NCBI GenBank assembly: GCA_965205835.1
Contig: OZ242182.1
Span: 2,236,226 to 2,300,225 of the forward strand
Length of the DNA stretch: 64,000 nucleotides
Direction: 5' to 3'
From: Nitrospinales bacterium
Lineage (GTDB): Bacteria; Nitrospinota; Nitrospinia; Nitrospinales; VA-1
How positions within the stretch are numbered: the stretch's first letter is position 1; each line of letters opens with the position of its first letter. The notes beneath the pieces are model-generated. The model worked only from the letters and a program-made list of their open reading frames with translations, searched no databases and was not told the origin of the DNA. Made by a program: the position numbers and the translations under genes. This document shows, piece by piece, positions 52,059 through 62,354 of this stretch.

Positions 52059-52943
52059 GGATAGATCCTTACTGGGTTGAAAATAAATTGCTGGAGAAGA
52101 GTGAATCCGGTTTTCAGGGAGATTCTATCAGTGGCTATTTTGCCTTGCTGACTCCGCAGAGTCAACCCACCCCTTGGTAGAGAGCTAAGAAGGGACGGTT
52201 CATCAAGCCGAGATAAATGGCTGGCGATGGTTTAAAGGCTTCCACTGGGCGAGGCCCGGCTAGCGTCACGCTGGCACGCGCTGATTGAAGCGGTGTAGGC
52301 CTTTTTGGCAGGCGATAGTCTTTTGGCAGTGACTATCTCGCTGGAAGTGGGGCGACGGTTGATCTTGCCATATTTTTTCTCGCTCGCTTTGCCTGTGGAA
52401 AAATACTGGCCCATGATGTTGATAGGTGTCTGGGGAGATTTTTCGGGCCAGACAAGCCATGATGTTTTCCGTATCCTCCCTTTCCCAAAAATGTGGAGCG
52501 TAACTTCTGACGATGGTCTGTCAACCGGCTTTAAACACAGCTTGTTCACTTTCCAGACGGTTGACTTCGCGGTTTGGACCTCCCATGCTACCTCGACCAG
52601 GTTTGCTAGTCTGGCTTGCGTTTTGGAAGGACTGGGAATTCCGCCATTTGGGTCGCCTCGAGGGGACAGAAACTGGCGGATAAAAGGAGTTGACAAAAAG
52701 TAGAGAACTGGATACAGTGAATGGCATCCGAAAGCTCCCAAGGCAAAATCCCTGATAAAACCGATCAATTATTCATCTGAATTTTTTCGTGCTTTCGCCG
52801 TTGATCATAGAACAAACTCTGCAATCTTACAAAACGCCCAACTATTATTGAACCTTCCCCGTCTTTGAACCTGAGCATCATTCCAAGGGCGTAATTACTT
52901 ATAAGAAAATCATTCCTAACCCCCCTCAAAGAAGCCACAAGCC

Positions 52944-54203
52944 ATGACCCAGATGAACATAGAGGAACTCAAGTCTAAAACTATATCCGAACTCACAAAC
53001 ATTGCCAAGGAACTCAAGATTCAGGGCCATAGTGGGCTTAGAAAGCAGGACCTGATTTTCAGGATTTTGGAAGCCAAGACTGAAAAGGATGGTCTGATGT
53101 TCGGGCAGGGGGTGCTGGAGATTCTCCCGGATGGGTTTGGTTTTCTGCGGGCACCGACTTACAACTACCTTCCAGGTCCTGATGATATTTATGTATCGCC
53201 CTCGCAGATTCGCAAATTTGATATGCGTACCGGTGATACCATTTCCGGGCAGATTCGTTCACCCAAAGACAGCGAGCGTTATTTCGCTCTGCTGAAGGTA
53301 GAGGCGATCAACTTTGAGAACCCAGACAAGACCAAGGATAAAATTTTATTCGATAACCTGACGCCGTTGTATCCCGAAGAGCGAATCCGGCTGGAGACAC
53401 CAGGCGGCAAAGACTATAGTGCCCGGGTCATGGACCTGATGACCCCTATTGGCAAGGGTCAGCGCGGGTTGATCGTGGCCCCTCCGAGAACCGGAAAAAC
53501 CATGTTGTTGCAGTCCATTGCCAACAGCATCAGTACCAATTTCCCGGAAATTGCGTTGATTGTTTTGCTCATTGACGAGCGTCCGGAAGAAGTGACCGAT
53601 ATGGAACGTTCTGTTAAGGGCGAGGTCATCAGTTCCACTTTTGATGAGCCTGCGCAAAGGCATGTGCAGGTTGCTGAAATGGTCATTGAAAAAGCCAAGC
53701 GGCTGGTAGAGCACAAGCGAGATGTGGTCATTCTGCTTGACAGCATCACCCGTTTGGCACGAGCTTACAATGCCATTGTTCCTCCTAGTGGCAAGGTCTT
53801 GTCGGGTGGAGTGGATTCCAATGCCCTGCAGAGGCCCAAGCGATTTTTTGGTGCGGCCCGAAATCTGGAGGAAGGTGGAAGCCTGACTATCATCGCCACA
53901 GCACTTATTGACACGGGAAGCCGCATGGATGACGTTATTTTCGAAGAGTTTAAAGGAACGGGTAACCTGGAAATTGTTCTCGATCGCAAACTGGCAGACA
54001 AGAGAACCTTTCCTTCGATCGATATCAACCGCTCTGGAACCCGAAAAGAAGAGCTTCTGTTGCCCGACGAGGACCTCCAGCGTGTCTGGTTATTGAGAAA
54101 AGTTTTGCTCCCAATGGGCATCCATGATACGGTGGACCTTCTCTTGCAGAAGATTAAAGAAACCAAAACCAACGCCGAATTTCTGGCGACTATGAACTCC
54201 TGA
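52944..54203 (+). CDS. rho: Transcription termination factor Rho
   Basis: [44 protein letters not shown] and [10 protein letters not shown]. Confidence 0.99.
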   Translation: MTQMNIEELKSKTISELTNIAKELKIQGHSGLRKQDLIFRILEAKTEKDGLMFGQGVLEILPDGFGFLRAPTYNYLPGPDDIYVSPSQIRKFDMRTGDTISGQIRSPKDSERYFALLKVEAINFENPDKTKDKILFDNLTPLYPEERIRLETPGGKDYSARVMDLMTPIGKGQRGLIVAPPRTGKTMLLQSIANSISTNFPEIALIVLLIDERPEEVTDMERSVKGEVISSTFDEPAQRHVQVAEMVIEKAKRLVEHKRDVVILLDSITRLARAYNAIVPPSGKVLSGGVDSNALQRPKRFFGAARNLEEGGSLTIIATALIDTGSRMDDVIFEEFKGTGNLEIVLDRKLADKRTFPSIDINRSGTRKEELLLPDEDLQRVWLLRKVLLPMGIHDTVDLLLQKIKETKTNAEFLATMNS

Positions 54204-54210
54204 CGGTGAG

Positions 54211-54450
54211 ATGATGAAAGACAGCATTCATCCTGAATATTATGAGACCTTGGTGCGGTGCGCATGTGGGAGAGAGGTGCAGACCCGTACAACTCTGAAA
54301 GACCTTCATGTGGAGATCTGTTCCAAATGTCACCCCTTTTTCACGGGAAAACAGAAGCTCATGGATACTGCTGGTCGCATTGAAAAATTCAAACGCAAAT
54401 ACGCCAAGGCCAAGCCTGCAAGCAGTAGAGAACCAGCCAGTCCCCGATAA
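54211..54450 (+). CDS. rpmE: 50S ribosomal protein L31, Zn-binding type
   Basis: [32 protein letters not shown]. Confidence 0.97.
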   Translation: MMKDSIHPEYYETLVRCACGREVQTRTTLKDLHVEICSKCHPFFTGKQKLMDTAGRIEKFKRKYAKAKPASSREPASPR

Positions 54451-54473
54451 GCGCGTTTGTCTTCTTTTCCCCT

Positions 54474-54497
54474 CTCCGGGTCCCCCCGGGGATTTTC
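54474..54497 (+). terminator. Possible weak intrinsic terminator after rpmE
   Basis: Stem ctccggg/cccgggg with a 4-nt loop, followed by attttc. Confidence 0.35.
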
Positions 54498-54509
54498 TAG
54501 AAACCACCT

Positions 54510-55574
54510 ATGTTTGATAGGCTGAAATCGGTTGAGAAACGTTATAACGATCTTAACCAGTTGCTCAGTGATCCCAAGATCATTTCCCAGCAGTCCGAGT
54601 TCCAGAAGTATGCCCGGGAGCAATCTGATCTGAGTCCCATCGTCCACCGGTTTCAAGAGTGGCAGAAGATCAGCCGACAGTTGGAAGAGAGTAAAAAAAT
54701 TCTGGATGAAGAGCAAGATCCGGAGTTGATTGAAATGGCCCAGGAAGACATGGTTGATCTGGAGGCCCAAAAGCATAAAGCGGTAGAGGATCTAAAAATT
54801 CTTTTGCTTCCTGAAGATCCTCGCGATGAATGCAACGTTATCGTGGAGATTCGTGCTGGTACAGGGGGCGAAGAGGCGGCACTTTTTTCAAACGACTTGT
54901 TCCGCATGTATTCGAGATATGCCGAAGGGAAAAGGTGGCCAGTGGAAATTTTAAGTTCCAGTCTGACTGGTAAAGGAGGATTCAAAGAAATCATTTTCGG
55001 CATTTCGGGAAAAGGGGTTTATAGCAAACTGAAATATGAAGGAGGCACTCATCGGGTGCAACGGGTTCCGGATACAGAAAGCCAGGGACGCATTCATACC
55101 TCTGCGGTGACAGTTGCGGTTTTGTCAGAGGTGGAGGACGTGGATATCAAAATTAATCCGGCGGATATAAAAATCGATGTCTACCGTTCATCCGGGCCGG
55201 GTGGGCAGAGTGTCAACACGACAGATTCGGCGGTCCGCTTGACTTATATCCCTACCGGAATGATAGTGACCTGTCAGGATGAAAAATCACAACACAAGAA
55301 CCGGGAAAAAGCCATGAAGGTTTTAAGAGCCCGGTTATATGATGAGGAACAAAGAAAGCAACAGGAATCCATGGCCAGTGACCGCAAGCAGCAGGTGGGT
55401 ACCGGTGACCGTAGTGGACGCATTCGCACCTATAATTATCCTCAGGAGCGAGTGACCGACCATAGAATAGGTCTAACCCTACATAAGCTGTCTTTAGTGA
55501 TGGAGGGAGACCTCGTTGAAATTCTTGATGCGTTAACGCTCCACTTCCAAACGCAAGCTCTGAAAGGGGAATAA
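54510..55574 (+). CDS. prfA: Peptide chain release factor 1
   Basis: [11 protein letters not shown], the RF1-type PDT tripeptide in [18 protein letters not shown] and RIRTYNYPQ. Confidence 0.98.
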   Translation: MFDRLKSVEKRYNDLNQLLSDPKIISQQSEFQKYAREQSDLSPIVHRFQEWQKISRQLEESKKILDEEQDPELIEMAQEDMVDLEAQKHKAVEDLKILLLPEDPRDECNVIVEIRAGTGGEEAALFSNDLFRMYSRYAEGKRWPVEILSSSLTGKGGFKEIIFGISGKGVYSKLKYEGGTHRVQRVPDTESQGRIHTSAVTVAVLSEVEDVDIKINPADIKIDVYRSSGPGGQSVNTTDSAVRLTYIPTGMIVTCQDEKSQHKNREKAMKVLRARLYDEEQRKQQESMASDRKQQVGTGDRSGRIRTYNYPQERVTDHRIGLTLHKLSLVMEGDLVEILDALTLHFQTQALKGE

Positions 55575-55599
55575 GGTGGAGGCTCTTGAGGAGGTAAAA

Positions 55600-56442
55600 A
55601 TGGAGCAAACCCTCACCTCTTTTATCGATTGGGCTCAGCGCAAACTTTCAGGGGTGGTATCGCCCCGGTTAGATGCCGAAGTCTTAATGGCGCAGAGCCT
55701 TGATATCTCGCGAACGGAATTGATGACGTATCCTGATCGGATATTGAACCGCATCGAGGCGAAAAATTTTTGTTCAAGAATCGAGAGAAGAGTTTTGCGC
55801 GAGCCGGTTTCTTATATTACCGGAGTTCAAGAATTCTGGTCGCTCGAGTTTGCGGTGAATGAAAAAGTCCTGACGCCCCGGTCGGAAACAGAAATTTTGG
55901 TTGAACAATGTTTAAAAGCATTTTCGAAAACATCACCGGTTAATATTCTGGATATTGGTACCGGGTCAGGAATTCTCGCGATTGTTTTAGCAAAAGAAAT
56001 TCCCCAAAGCCAAATCACGGCGATTGAAAAATCGGACCTGGCAGTCGCCATGAAAAATGCTTTGCGTCATGCTGTGGCAGGTCAGGTCCGCTTTGTGTCT
56101 GGTGACCTAATGAAGGTCGACTGGGAAGGGCCGTATCATCTTATTGTTTCCAACCCTCCCTATATTGAATCGGAAAACGTGTCAAAGTGTATGCCCGAGG
56201 TCCGGCAATACGAACCGATCGAGGCTTTGGATGGAGGCAGAGATGGTTTGGATTATTACCGCTTCATCGTTCCGATGGCGTGGGAAAAACTGGAAGAAAA
56301 TGGCTTGCTGGCTTTGGAGGTCGGGTATACCCAAGCCGCAGCCGTGGTCGATTTAATGGAAGGCAGCTATCAGGACATTCAGGTGGTTCAGGATTACTCC
56401 GGTTATGACAGAGTGGTGTTAGCAAGGGCTCTGAATGGATAA
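55600..56442 (+). CDS. prmC: Release factor glutamine methyltransferase
   Basis: REPVSYI, LTPRSETE, DIGTGSG, VSNPPYI and ALDGG.DGL. ATG 55600 follows GAGGAGG (alternative GTG 55576). Confidence 0.97.
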   Translation: MEQTLTSFIDWAQRKLSGVVSPRLDAEVLMAQSLDISRTELMTYPDRILNRIEAKNFCSRIERRVLREPVSYITGVQEFWSLEFAVNEKVLTPRSETEILVEQCLKAFSKTSPVNILDIGTGSGILAIVLAKEIPQSQITAIEKSDLAVAMKNALRHAVAGQVRFVSGDLMKVDWEGPYHLIVSNPPYIESENVSKCMPEVRQYEPIEALDGGRDGLDYYRFIVPMAWEKLEENGLLALEVGYTQAAAVVDLMEGSYQDIQVVQDYSGYDRVVLARALNG

Positions 56443-57688
56443 GATTGTCATAGAGGGCGGACGGCCTTTAGAGGGCACTGTTGAGATCAGTGGAGCCAAG
56501 AACGCGGTTCTTCCTATACTGGCCGCAACGCTTCTGACCCGCGGACGGAATGTTATTGAAGGGGTTCCACAAGTTCGCGATGTGGCAACCATGATTCAGC
56601 TTCTCAAAGATTTGGGAGTGGAAATCGAAAGCAATCGTGGTGAAAAAATTGTTTTAGACACGTCTTGTGCAAATAAGCCGGAAGCACCCTATGGCCTAGT
56701 TTCCACGATGCGCGCTTCTTGCCTGGTTCTGGGTCCCTTGCTGGCCAAGTTAGGCCGGGCCCAGGTTTCTCTGCCCGGCGGGTGTGCCATAGGAGCACGA
56801 CCCATCGACCTCCATATTAAAGGACTGGAAGCAATGGGGGCGAAGGTCTGGCTGGAGCAAGGCTATGTGCATGGAGTCGTCGATGGTCTTAAGGGAGCTC
56901 AATTCTATTTTGATACGGTTTCTGTGACGGGTACCGCGAACCTGATGATGGCGGCATCTTTGGCGGAAGGGAAAACCATTCTGGAAAATACAGCCAAGGA
57001 GCCCGAGGTTGTATTCCTCGCGGATATTTTGAATCAGGCCGGAGCAAAAATTGAGGGTCAAGGCACCGATATGATCACCATTCAGGGGGTCTCATCGTTA
57101 AAGCCAATCGAGTGCCGAATTTTTCCTGACCGCATTGAGGCGGGTACATACATGATCGCAGCCGCTATCACCGAGGGGGAAGTATTGATTGAGAATTGTA
57201 TTCCACAACATGTGGAACCCATTATCCTTAAACTTCAGGAGGCTCAAGTTGATGTGGAAGTCGATGGCTCCTCGATTCGAGTTCGGGGTGGTCGCCCTTT
57301 GACTGCCGTTAATGCCAAGACCGATCCTTATCCAGGGTTCCCCACTGACGTACAGGCCCAGTTTATGGCGTTGATGACTTTATCGAGCGGACAGAGTATT
57401 ATCATGGAGACCGTGTTCGAGAATCGGTTTATGCATGTTGCGGAATTAAAAAGGATGGGAGCTGACATTACGTTGGATGGGCATGTAGCGATCATCAATG
57501 GGGCGCAAAACCTTTCGGGTGCTCCTTTGATGGCTACCGATCTTCGAGCCAGTGCTTCCCTGGTGCTTGCGGCTCTGGCGGCGAAAGGCCAATCTGTCAT
57601 TTCCCGTGTTTACCATATTGACCGCGGATATGTGAGCATGGAAAAAAAGCTTTCCAACCTAGGTGCCCGAATCAAAAGAGTTAAGTAA
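56435..57688 (+). CDS. murA: UDP-N-acetylglucosamine 1-carboxyvinyltransferase
   Basis: SGAKNA, LPGGCAIGARP (catalytic Cys retained), PDRIEAGT, PGFPTD and HIDRGY. Confidence 0.98.
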   Translation: MDKIVIEGGRPLEGTVEISGAKNAVLPILAATLLTRGRNVIEGVPQVRDVATMIQLLKDLGVEIESNRGEKIVLDTSCANKPEAPYGLVSTMRASCLVLGPLLAKLGRAQVSLPGGCAIGARPIDLHIKGLEAMGAKVWLEQGYVHGVVDGLKGAQFYFDTVSVTGTANLMMAASLAEGKTILENTAKEPEVVFLADILNQAGAKIEGQGTDMITIQGVSSLKPIECRIFPDRIEAGTYMIAAAITEGEVLIENCIPQHVEPIILKLQEAQVDVEVDGSSIRVRGGRPLTAVNAKTDPYPGFPTDVQAQFMALMTLSSGQSIIMETVFENRFMHVAELKRMGADITLDGHVAIINGAQNLSGAPLMATDLRASASLVLAALAAKGQSVISRVYHIDRGYVSMEKKLSNLGARIKRVK

Positions 57689-57697
57689 GCCACCCAT

Positions 57698-58813
57698 TTG
57701 ATAGCCAGGGTTATGGACATAACACACCCCCTTCATAGTCAGGATATCCAAAGTTTTTTGTTGTGGATGCCCAACTGGATAGGCGATGTGGTGCTGACGT
57801 TGCCGGTAATACAATCCTTACGCCGCGCATACCCCGTGGCTCGCATTTCTGTGGTCGCAAAATCCCCTTCCAACGAATTGCTTCTTGGACACCCTGCCAT
57901 TGACACAGTTTTAACTTTGCCTTCTGGACCGGAAATTGGTTTTTGGCAAAGAGTTAGCTTTGTGCGCGACTTGAGAAAGTATAATTTTGATGTTGGAGCG
58001 GTGTTTCCTAATTCTTTTGGTTCGGCGTTTCTTTTAAGCCTGACAGGGGCAAGGTGCCGATTGGGTTATAACACTGATGGAAGAGAAATTCTGCTCACTC
58101 ATCCTGTTGCCACAACAGCGTATTTAAAAAAAGCACAGTACCGTGTTGAATATTATTTTAAAATCCTTTCATCTCTGAAACTGGATGCTCCCGACTGTGA
58201 TTTTGCTCCGCTTATTTTACAGGAAGGAGATATCACAACTCGGGAAGTCCTGTTGGATATGGGTATGGATGAGGATGAGGACTTTCTTACCCTTCATCCG
58301 GGGACGTCGAAAGTTGAGCGGAGTTGGCATGTCGAGAGATTTGGCATCTTGTGCCAGAAACTGATCAAAGAGGATGGCAAACGGGTGGTTCTTTTGATGG
58401 GTACGGAAAAAGAATCGGAAGTGCTGAATCGGATCAGAAACTTTAGCCGATCAGAAACGATCAAGATCATTCCTCCGGTTAATTTGAGGGTTTTGACAGG
58501 ACTGTTACGAAAAAGCCAGATGTTCATCGGCAATGACAGTGGAATGATGCACCTTGCGGCAATGGTTGGGGTTCCGGTTCTGGGAATTTTTGGGCCGGGA
58601 AGCCCGGAAGCGAGTGGCCCTTATATTGCCATGGGGAAGCAGGAAATGGTGACACGGAATTTTTCCTGTTCCCCCTGTAAACAGAAATTTTTTAAGGAGT
58701 GTAAACCTTCTCCCCTTTACAAGCCTTATTGTCTTGAAGACATTACGGTGAAAGATGTCCATGAAGGGGTGCACCGACTGCTGAAGCGGCTTGAGAATAA
58801 ATTTCCGAATTAA
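57698..58813 (+). CDS. waaF: Lipopolysaccharide heptosyltransferase II (GT9)
   Basis: PNWIGDVVL, FPNSF.SA, RLGYNTDGR, GNDSGMMHLAA and GIFGP. Confidence 0.88.
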   Translation: MIARVMDITHPLHSQDIQSFLLWMPNWIGDVVLTLPVIQSLRRAYPVARISVVAKSPSNELLLGHPAIDTVLTLPSGPEIGFWQRVSFVRDLRKYNFDVGAVFPNSFGSAFLLSLTGARCRLGYNTDGREILLTHPVATTAYLKKAQYRVEYYFKILSSLKLDAPDCDFAPLILQEGDITTREVLLDMGMDEDEDFLTLHPGTSKVERSWHVERFGILCQKLIKEDGKRVVLLMGTEKESEVLNRIRNFSRSETIKIIPPVNLRVLTGLLRKSQMFIGNDSGMMHLAAMVGVPVLGIFGPGSPEASGPYIAMGKQEMVTRNFSCSPCKQKFFKECKPSPLYKPYCLEDITVKDVHEGVHRLLKRLENKFPN

Positions 58814-58955
58814 AGCGCAATCATTTTTCCTGATTTTCTGAGGGAATAGGTCTTTGCGCTGGCAGGCCATCATAATCACGTATCAATTCTTTTTCCACGG
58901 TTGCCATGCTCGTGATATTGATGGAAGCTGGCACCCCTGACATGGACCCTTTCCG

Positions 58956-59279
58956 TCACTCCGTTTTTACTTTTCCTGAATCCTTCACCTCGCAGATTTC
59001 CACAGGAGGAACCACAACCTTTCCCTTCGCCTGAATAAAGCCTCCCAGTTTTATGACGATGTAGTAGTTATGATAAATCTGACTGTCGACTAGCGCCGCA
59101 TCAATTTTGACAATGGGTTCATTAAATTTTTCATAGAGGCAGAATCCGATGACGCAGTCTTTTTTTCTCAGTTTCAGTATATTTTCTGTTATATGAGCCA
59201 GAGGTGTCATGTCGAGGTCGATAGAGTTCTTATCCGCTTTGAAAATTATATCAAGCGGGGGGATATATCCCGGTGGCAA
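58956..59279 (-). CDS. Hypothetical protein (unrecognised; possibly a fragment)
   Basis: 107-aa ORF with a plausible composition filling the gap between waaF and the DUF2007 gene. No motif recognised. Confidence 0.4.
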   Translation of the reverse strand: MPPGYIPPLDIIFKADKNSIDLDMTPLAHITENILKLRKKDCVIGFCLYEKFNEPIVKIDAALVDSQIYHNYYIVIKLGGFIQAKGKVVVPPVEICEVKDSGKVKTE

Positions 59280-59323
59280 TAAATTTGTTTCGTAAGCCTC
59301 TTGAAATGCTATAGAATAAAAGC

Positions 59324-59722
59324 ATGCGGAGTTGCCCGAAATGTGAGAAAAATTTTTCCGATACGCATTCCCTTTGCTTGGATTGTAATGTAGAGCTTGT
59401 GTCTCAGATGGCGGAGAAGGAGGCTCCTGACCTGGTGATCCTCTGCACGGTTTTAAACGAAGCCAAGGCTCATATTATGCGAGGTTTTCTGGAAAACGAA
59501 GGCATTCCCTGCCAGCTGGAGAACATATCTTTTCACGCAGAGCCTGCACCGGTCGCGGATCTCATGAAGGTTCGTCTTTGGACACTGAGAGGAGATGCGG
59601 AGCAAGCGCGTCAATTACTGGAAGAACGTGAAAGCCTTCAGGTTTGCTCCGTCTGCGAAACCCAGGTGGCTGAGCAGGATGTGGCCTGTCCGCATTGCGG
59701 GGAGCAGTTGGAGGAATGTTGA
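59324..59722 (+). CDS. DUF2007-type (PII-like) protein with Zn-ribbon motifs at both ends
   Basis: CPKC...CLDC, then EAKAHIMRGFLENEGIPC...VRLW...DAEQARQLL, then CSVC...CPHCG. Confidence 0.8.
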   Translation: MRSCPKCEKNFSDTHSLCLDCNVELVSQMAEKEAPDLVILCTVLNEAKAHIMRGFLENEGIPCQLENISFHAEPAPVADLMKVRLWTLRGDAEQARQLLEERESLQVCSVCETQVAEQDVACPHCGEQLEEC

Positions 59723-59732
59723 GCGGAAAAGA

Positions 59733-60419
59733 TCAATCCAAAAACCTGAATCTGAAAATATGCCAGATGGCAGCAAAGCCGTCTTTCCATGTGATTTTTT
59801 TTCCTTCTGAATAGTCTCTGCCACTGTAGGAGATGGGGACCTCATAAACTCGGAATTTGTTTTTTGCGACCTTGGCGGTGAACTCAGGTTCAAAGCCAAA
59901 ATGGTTGGACTTGAAGGCTAGGGAATCGTCCACTTTTTTTGTGAAGACCTTGTAGCCGGTTTCCATGTCAGTCAGGTTCAGGTTGGTGAACATGTTCGAC
60001 AGGGCGGTGAGGAATTTGTTACCAAGGTAATGCCAGTAGAACAATACCCGATGAGGGCCTCCCAGAAATCGAGACCCATACACAACATCGGCCCGCCCAT
60101 CCAGAATGGGTGCCAGCAATGTTCCGTAGTCGGTAGGGTTGTATTCAAGATCAGCATCTTGAATAATGATGATATCCCCATGGGTTTTGGAAAAACCGGT
60201 GCGCAATGCGGCGCCTTTGCCTTTATTGCGGTCATGATAAAGCACCTGAAAATTTTTCCGTCCTTCATATTCTTTCAAGATATCCCGTGTTCCGTCTGTG
60301 GAGAAATCATCGATCAGGATAATTTCCTTCTCGTAGTCGACATCTTCGACTTTGGAAATCAGGGTACGAAGTGTATCGCGTTCGTTGTAAACTGGAATAA
60401 CTATGGAAAGTGTGAGCAA
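59733..60419 (-). CDS. GT2 glycosyltransferase (DPM synthase/ArnC-like)
   Basis: [42 protein letters not shown] and TDMETGYK. Probable TTG start at 60419. Confidence 0.93.
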   Translation of the reverse strand: MLTLSIVIPVYNERDTLRTLISKVEDVDYEKEIILIDDFSTDGTRDILKEYEGRKNFQVLYHDRNKGKGAALRTGFSKTHGDIIIIQDADLEYNPTDYGTLLAPILDGRADVVYGSRFLGGPHRVLFYWHYLGNKFLTALSNMFTNLNLTDMETGYKVFTKKVDDSLAFKSNHFGFEPEFTAKVAKNKFRVYEVPISYSGRDYSEGKKITWKDGFAAIWHIFRFRFLD

Positions 60420-60704
60420 GTTAAGGCTTGGAACAGGGTGTAAATAAAGGAGGCAACGGTGCTGCCTTCTGTTAGAACTATAAGTAGTAGGTTTATTAGC
60501 AACATGATGAAGACAATGAGTCTCAACCACCATTTTTTCGAGTTTTGAGAAAACCCCGGAATTCTGCTAACAAGGCGGTTTTGCTGTCTGGATCAGAGGG
60601 GTTATTCACTAAAGGATTCCAACTATCATTAATGTTCTGTGGATTTTAGAGCAAGAAATATCTAAAGTCTAAAATAATTTTATTGAGATTTGTCTGTAAA
60701 ACTT

Positions 60705-61250
60705 TTAATGGGCCTGGGAATACTTAAACGAAAACTCCATTTTCCGGGATAAAACATTGCCGACCATTCCGGTCAAAATGCCGGTAATCAGGGCCAGCGA
60801 GAAGAAAAAGGGCAGCAGGACGAAAAAGGAAGTCTGTTTTATAAGAAAAAAATAGACACAGATCGCCGTGATGAAGGTATGGGTATAGGCTCCGCAAACA
60901 CTGATGCCAACAAGGCTGAACGGCCCTTTCCCTCTGTTGTAAGCCCCGCACATGGCTGCGGTGCCGGCCAGGCCTCCTGCCATACTGAGAAAAAAGGTGG
61001 GTCCCAAGAATGTTCCCGCAAGAACGGAGCCCAGTATAACCCGAAGCAGGGTAACTATAAAGGCATCGCGGGTTCCTAAATAAACCAGGGCCATCAGGGT
61101 CATCAGGTTGGCCAGCCCCAGCTTGACCCACGGTGTGGGTAAGGGGAGCAGGGCTTCAAGGCGATGCAATATTACCCCCAGGGCCACCATTAAAGCCATG
61201 ATGACTATTCTCTTGTTGTGCGTAATGTCATCGGGCATTCCAGGTTTCAT
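60705..61250 (-). CDS. Gx transporter / heptaprenyl diphosphate synthase component I family membrane protein
   Basis: EALLPLPTPWVKLGLAN, LRVILGS and SLVGISVCGAYTH match the family pattern. Confidence 0.85.
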   Translation of the reverse strand: MKPGMPDDITHNKRIVIMALMVALGVILHRLEALLPLPTPWVKLGLANLMTLMALVYLGTRDAFIVTLLRVILGSVLAGTFLGPTFFLSMAGGLAGTAAMCGAYNRGKGPFSLVGISVCGAYTHTFITAICVYFFLIKQTSFFVLLPFFFSLALITGILTGMVGNVLSRKMEFSFKYSQAH

Positions 61251-62200
61251 TTTCTGTGGTCGGGAGTTAATAGGGTTTGCATGTGAAGTTGGACTGAGTC
61301 GCTCAATGCCTCATAGTCGTAGCCGCCTTCGAGTATGGAGAGTAACCGGCCCTCGCAAACATCTCCGGCAACTCTCATCAATAACTCGGTCATTTTTCCA
61401 AAGCAACCCGTGGTCAGTTGGATTTGGGCCAGAGGGTCATTCTGATGAGCGTCAAAGCCGGCGGAAATAATTATCAGGTCGGGTTTGTAGCGTTGGACTT
61501 CCGGGATCAGTTTGTGTTCGATAACGGATAGATAGTCGTCATCATCTGAGTAGGCGTCCATCGGCAGGTTCAATGTGGTCCTCAATCCGTCGCCGGTTCC
61601 GGTTTCTTCTTTTGCTCCGGTACATGGATAAAAGGGGTATTGGTGGGTGCTACTGTAATAGATGGAGGGGTCACCATAAAACGAGTGTTGGGTGCCATTG
61701 CCATGATGAACATCCCAATCAAAAATAAAAATTTTATTTAGCCCTTGTGCCTTTTGCGCGTACCGGGCGGCAATGCCGACATTGTTGAACAGGCAGAATC
61801 CCATTGCACGGTCCCGTTCGGCATGATGGCCTGGCGGTCGTACAGCACAAAAGGCATTATGGATACTGCCATCGATGATTTGGTCGATGGCATTTATTCC
61901 AGCTCCGGCACTCAACAAAGCAGCATCGTAGGAATCGGCGGAGATGACTGTGTCTGCGTCCAAATGGCGTATCTCGTTTGCGCAACTCTGTTCAACGCTT
62001 GCCGCATAGCCCGCATCATGCACCAGAGCAATTTCTTCCGGAGTGGCCTTGCGGGGTTGTATTGCAATGAGGTTATTGTAGAATTCGGAGGACTCCAGCC
62101 GGTTCTGGATGGCGGTCAACCGACCGGGGTTTTCGGGATGAGGTTCAGTTTCATGCCTAAGATAAAATGGATCTGATACGTAACCCGTTTTATTCATCAT
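61247..62200 (-). CDS. Histone deacetylase-family Zn amidohydrolase
   Basis: HPENPGRL, RPPGHHA, GFCLFNN, DWDVHHGNGTQ, SAGFDAH and LEGGY. Confidence 0.95.
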   Translation of the reverse strand: MMNKTGYVSDPFYLRHETEPHPENPGRLTAIQNRLESSEFYNNLIAIQPRKATPEEIALVHDAGYAASVEQSCANEIRHLDADTVISADSYDAALLSAGAGINAIDQIIDGSIHNAFCAVRPPGHHAERDRAMGFCLFNNVGIAARYAQKAQGLNKIFIFDWDVHHGNGTQHSFYGDPSIYYSSTHQYPFYPCTGAKEETGTGDGLRTTLNLPMDAYSDDDDYLSVIEHKLIPEVQRYKPDLIIISAGFDAHQNDPLAQIQLTTGCFGKMTELLMRVAGDVCEGRLLSILEGGYDYEALSDSVQLHMQTLLTPDHRK

Positions 62201-62354
62201 AAGAACTTTTCCGTTTCAAAGAGCCAGGCGTACCTCCTTGGGGCATGAAGTATTCGTGTCCTGCAAGGGTACAACGAGTCTTTGCCTGTTGCCTCTGCGG
62301 TGAGTAGCCTGAGAGTATCAAAATCCCTAGATCGGATCAACTTTCTTAAAGCTT

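Noticed and set aside
52223-52260. GGCGATGG as the start of a fluoride riboswitch
   Set aside because: The complementary TCGCC strand and the downstream conserved motif are missing, and no fluoride-related gene follows.
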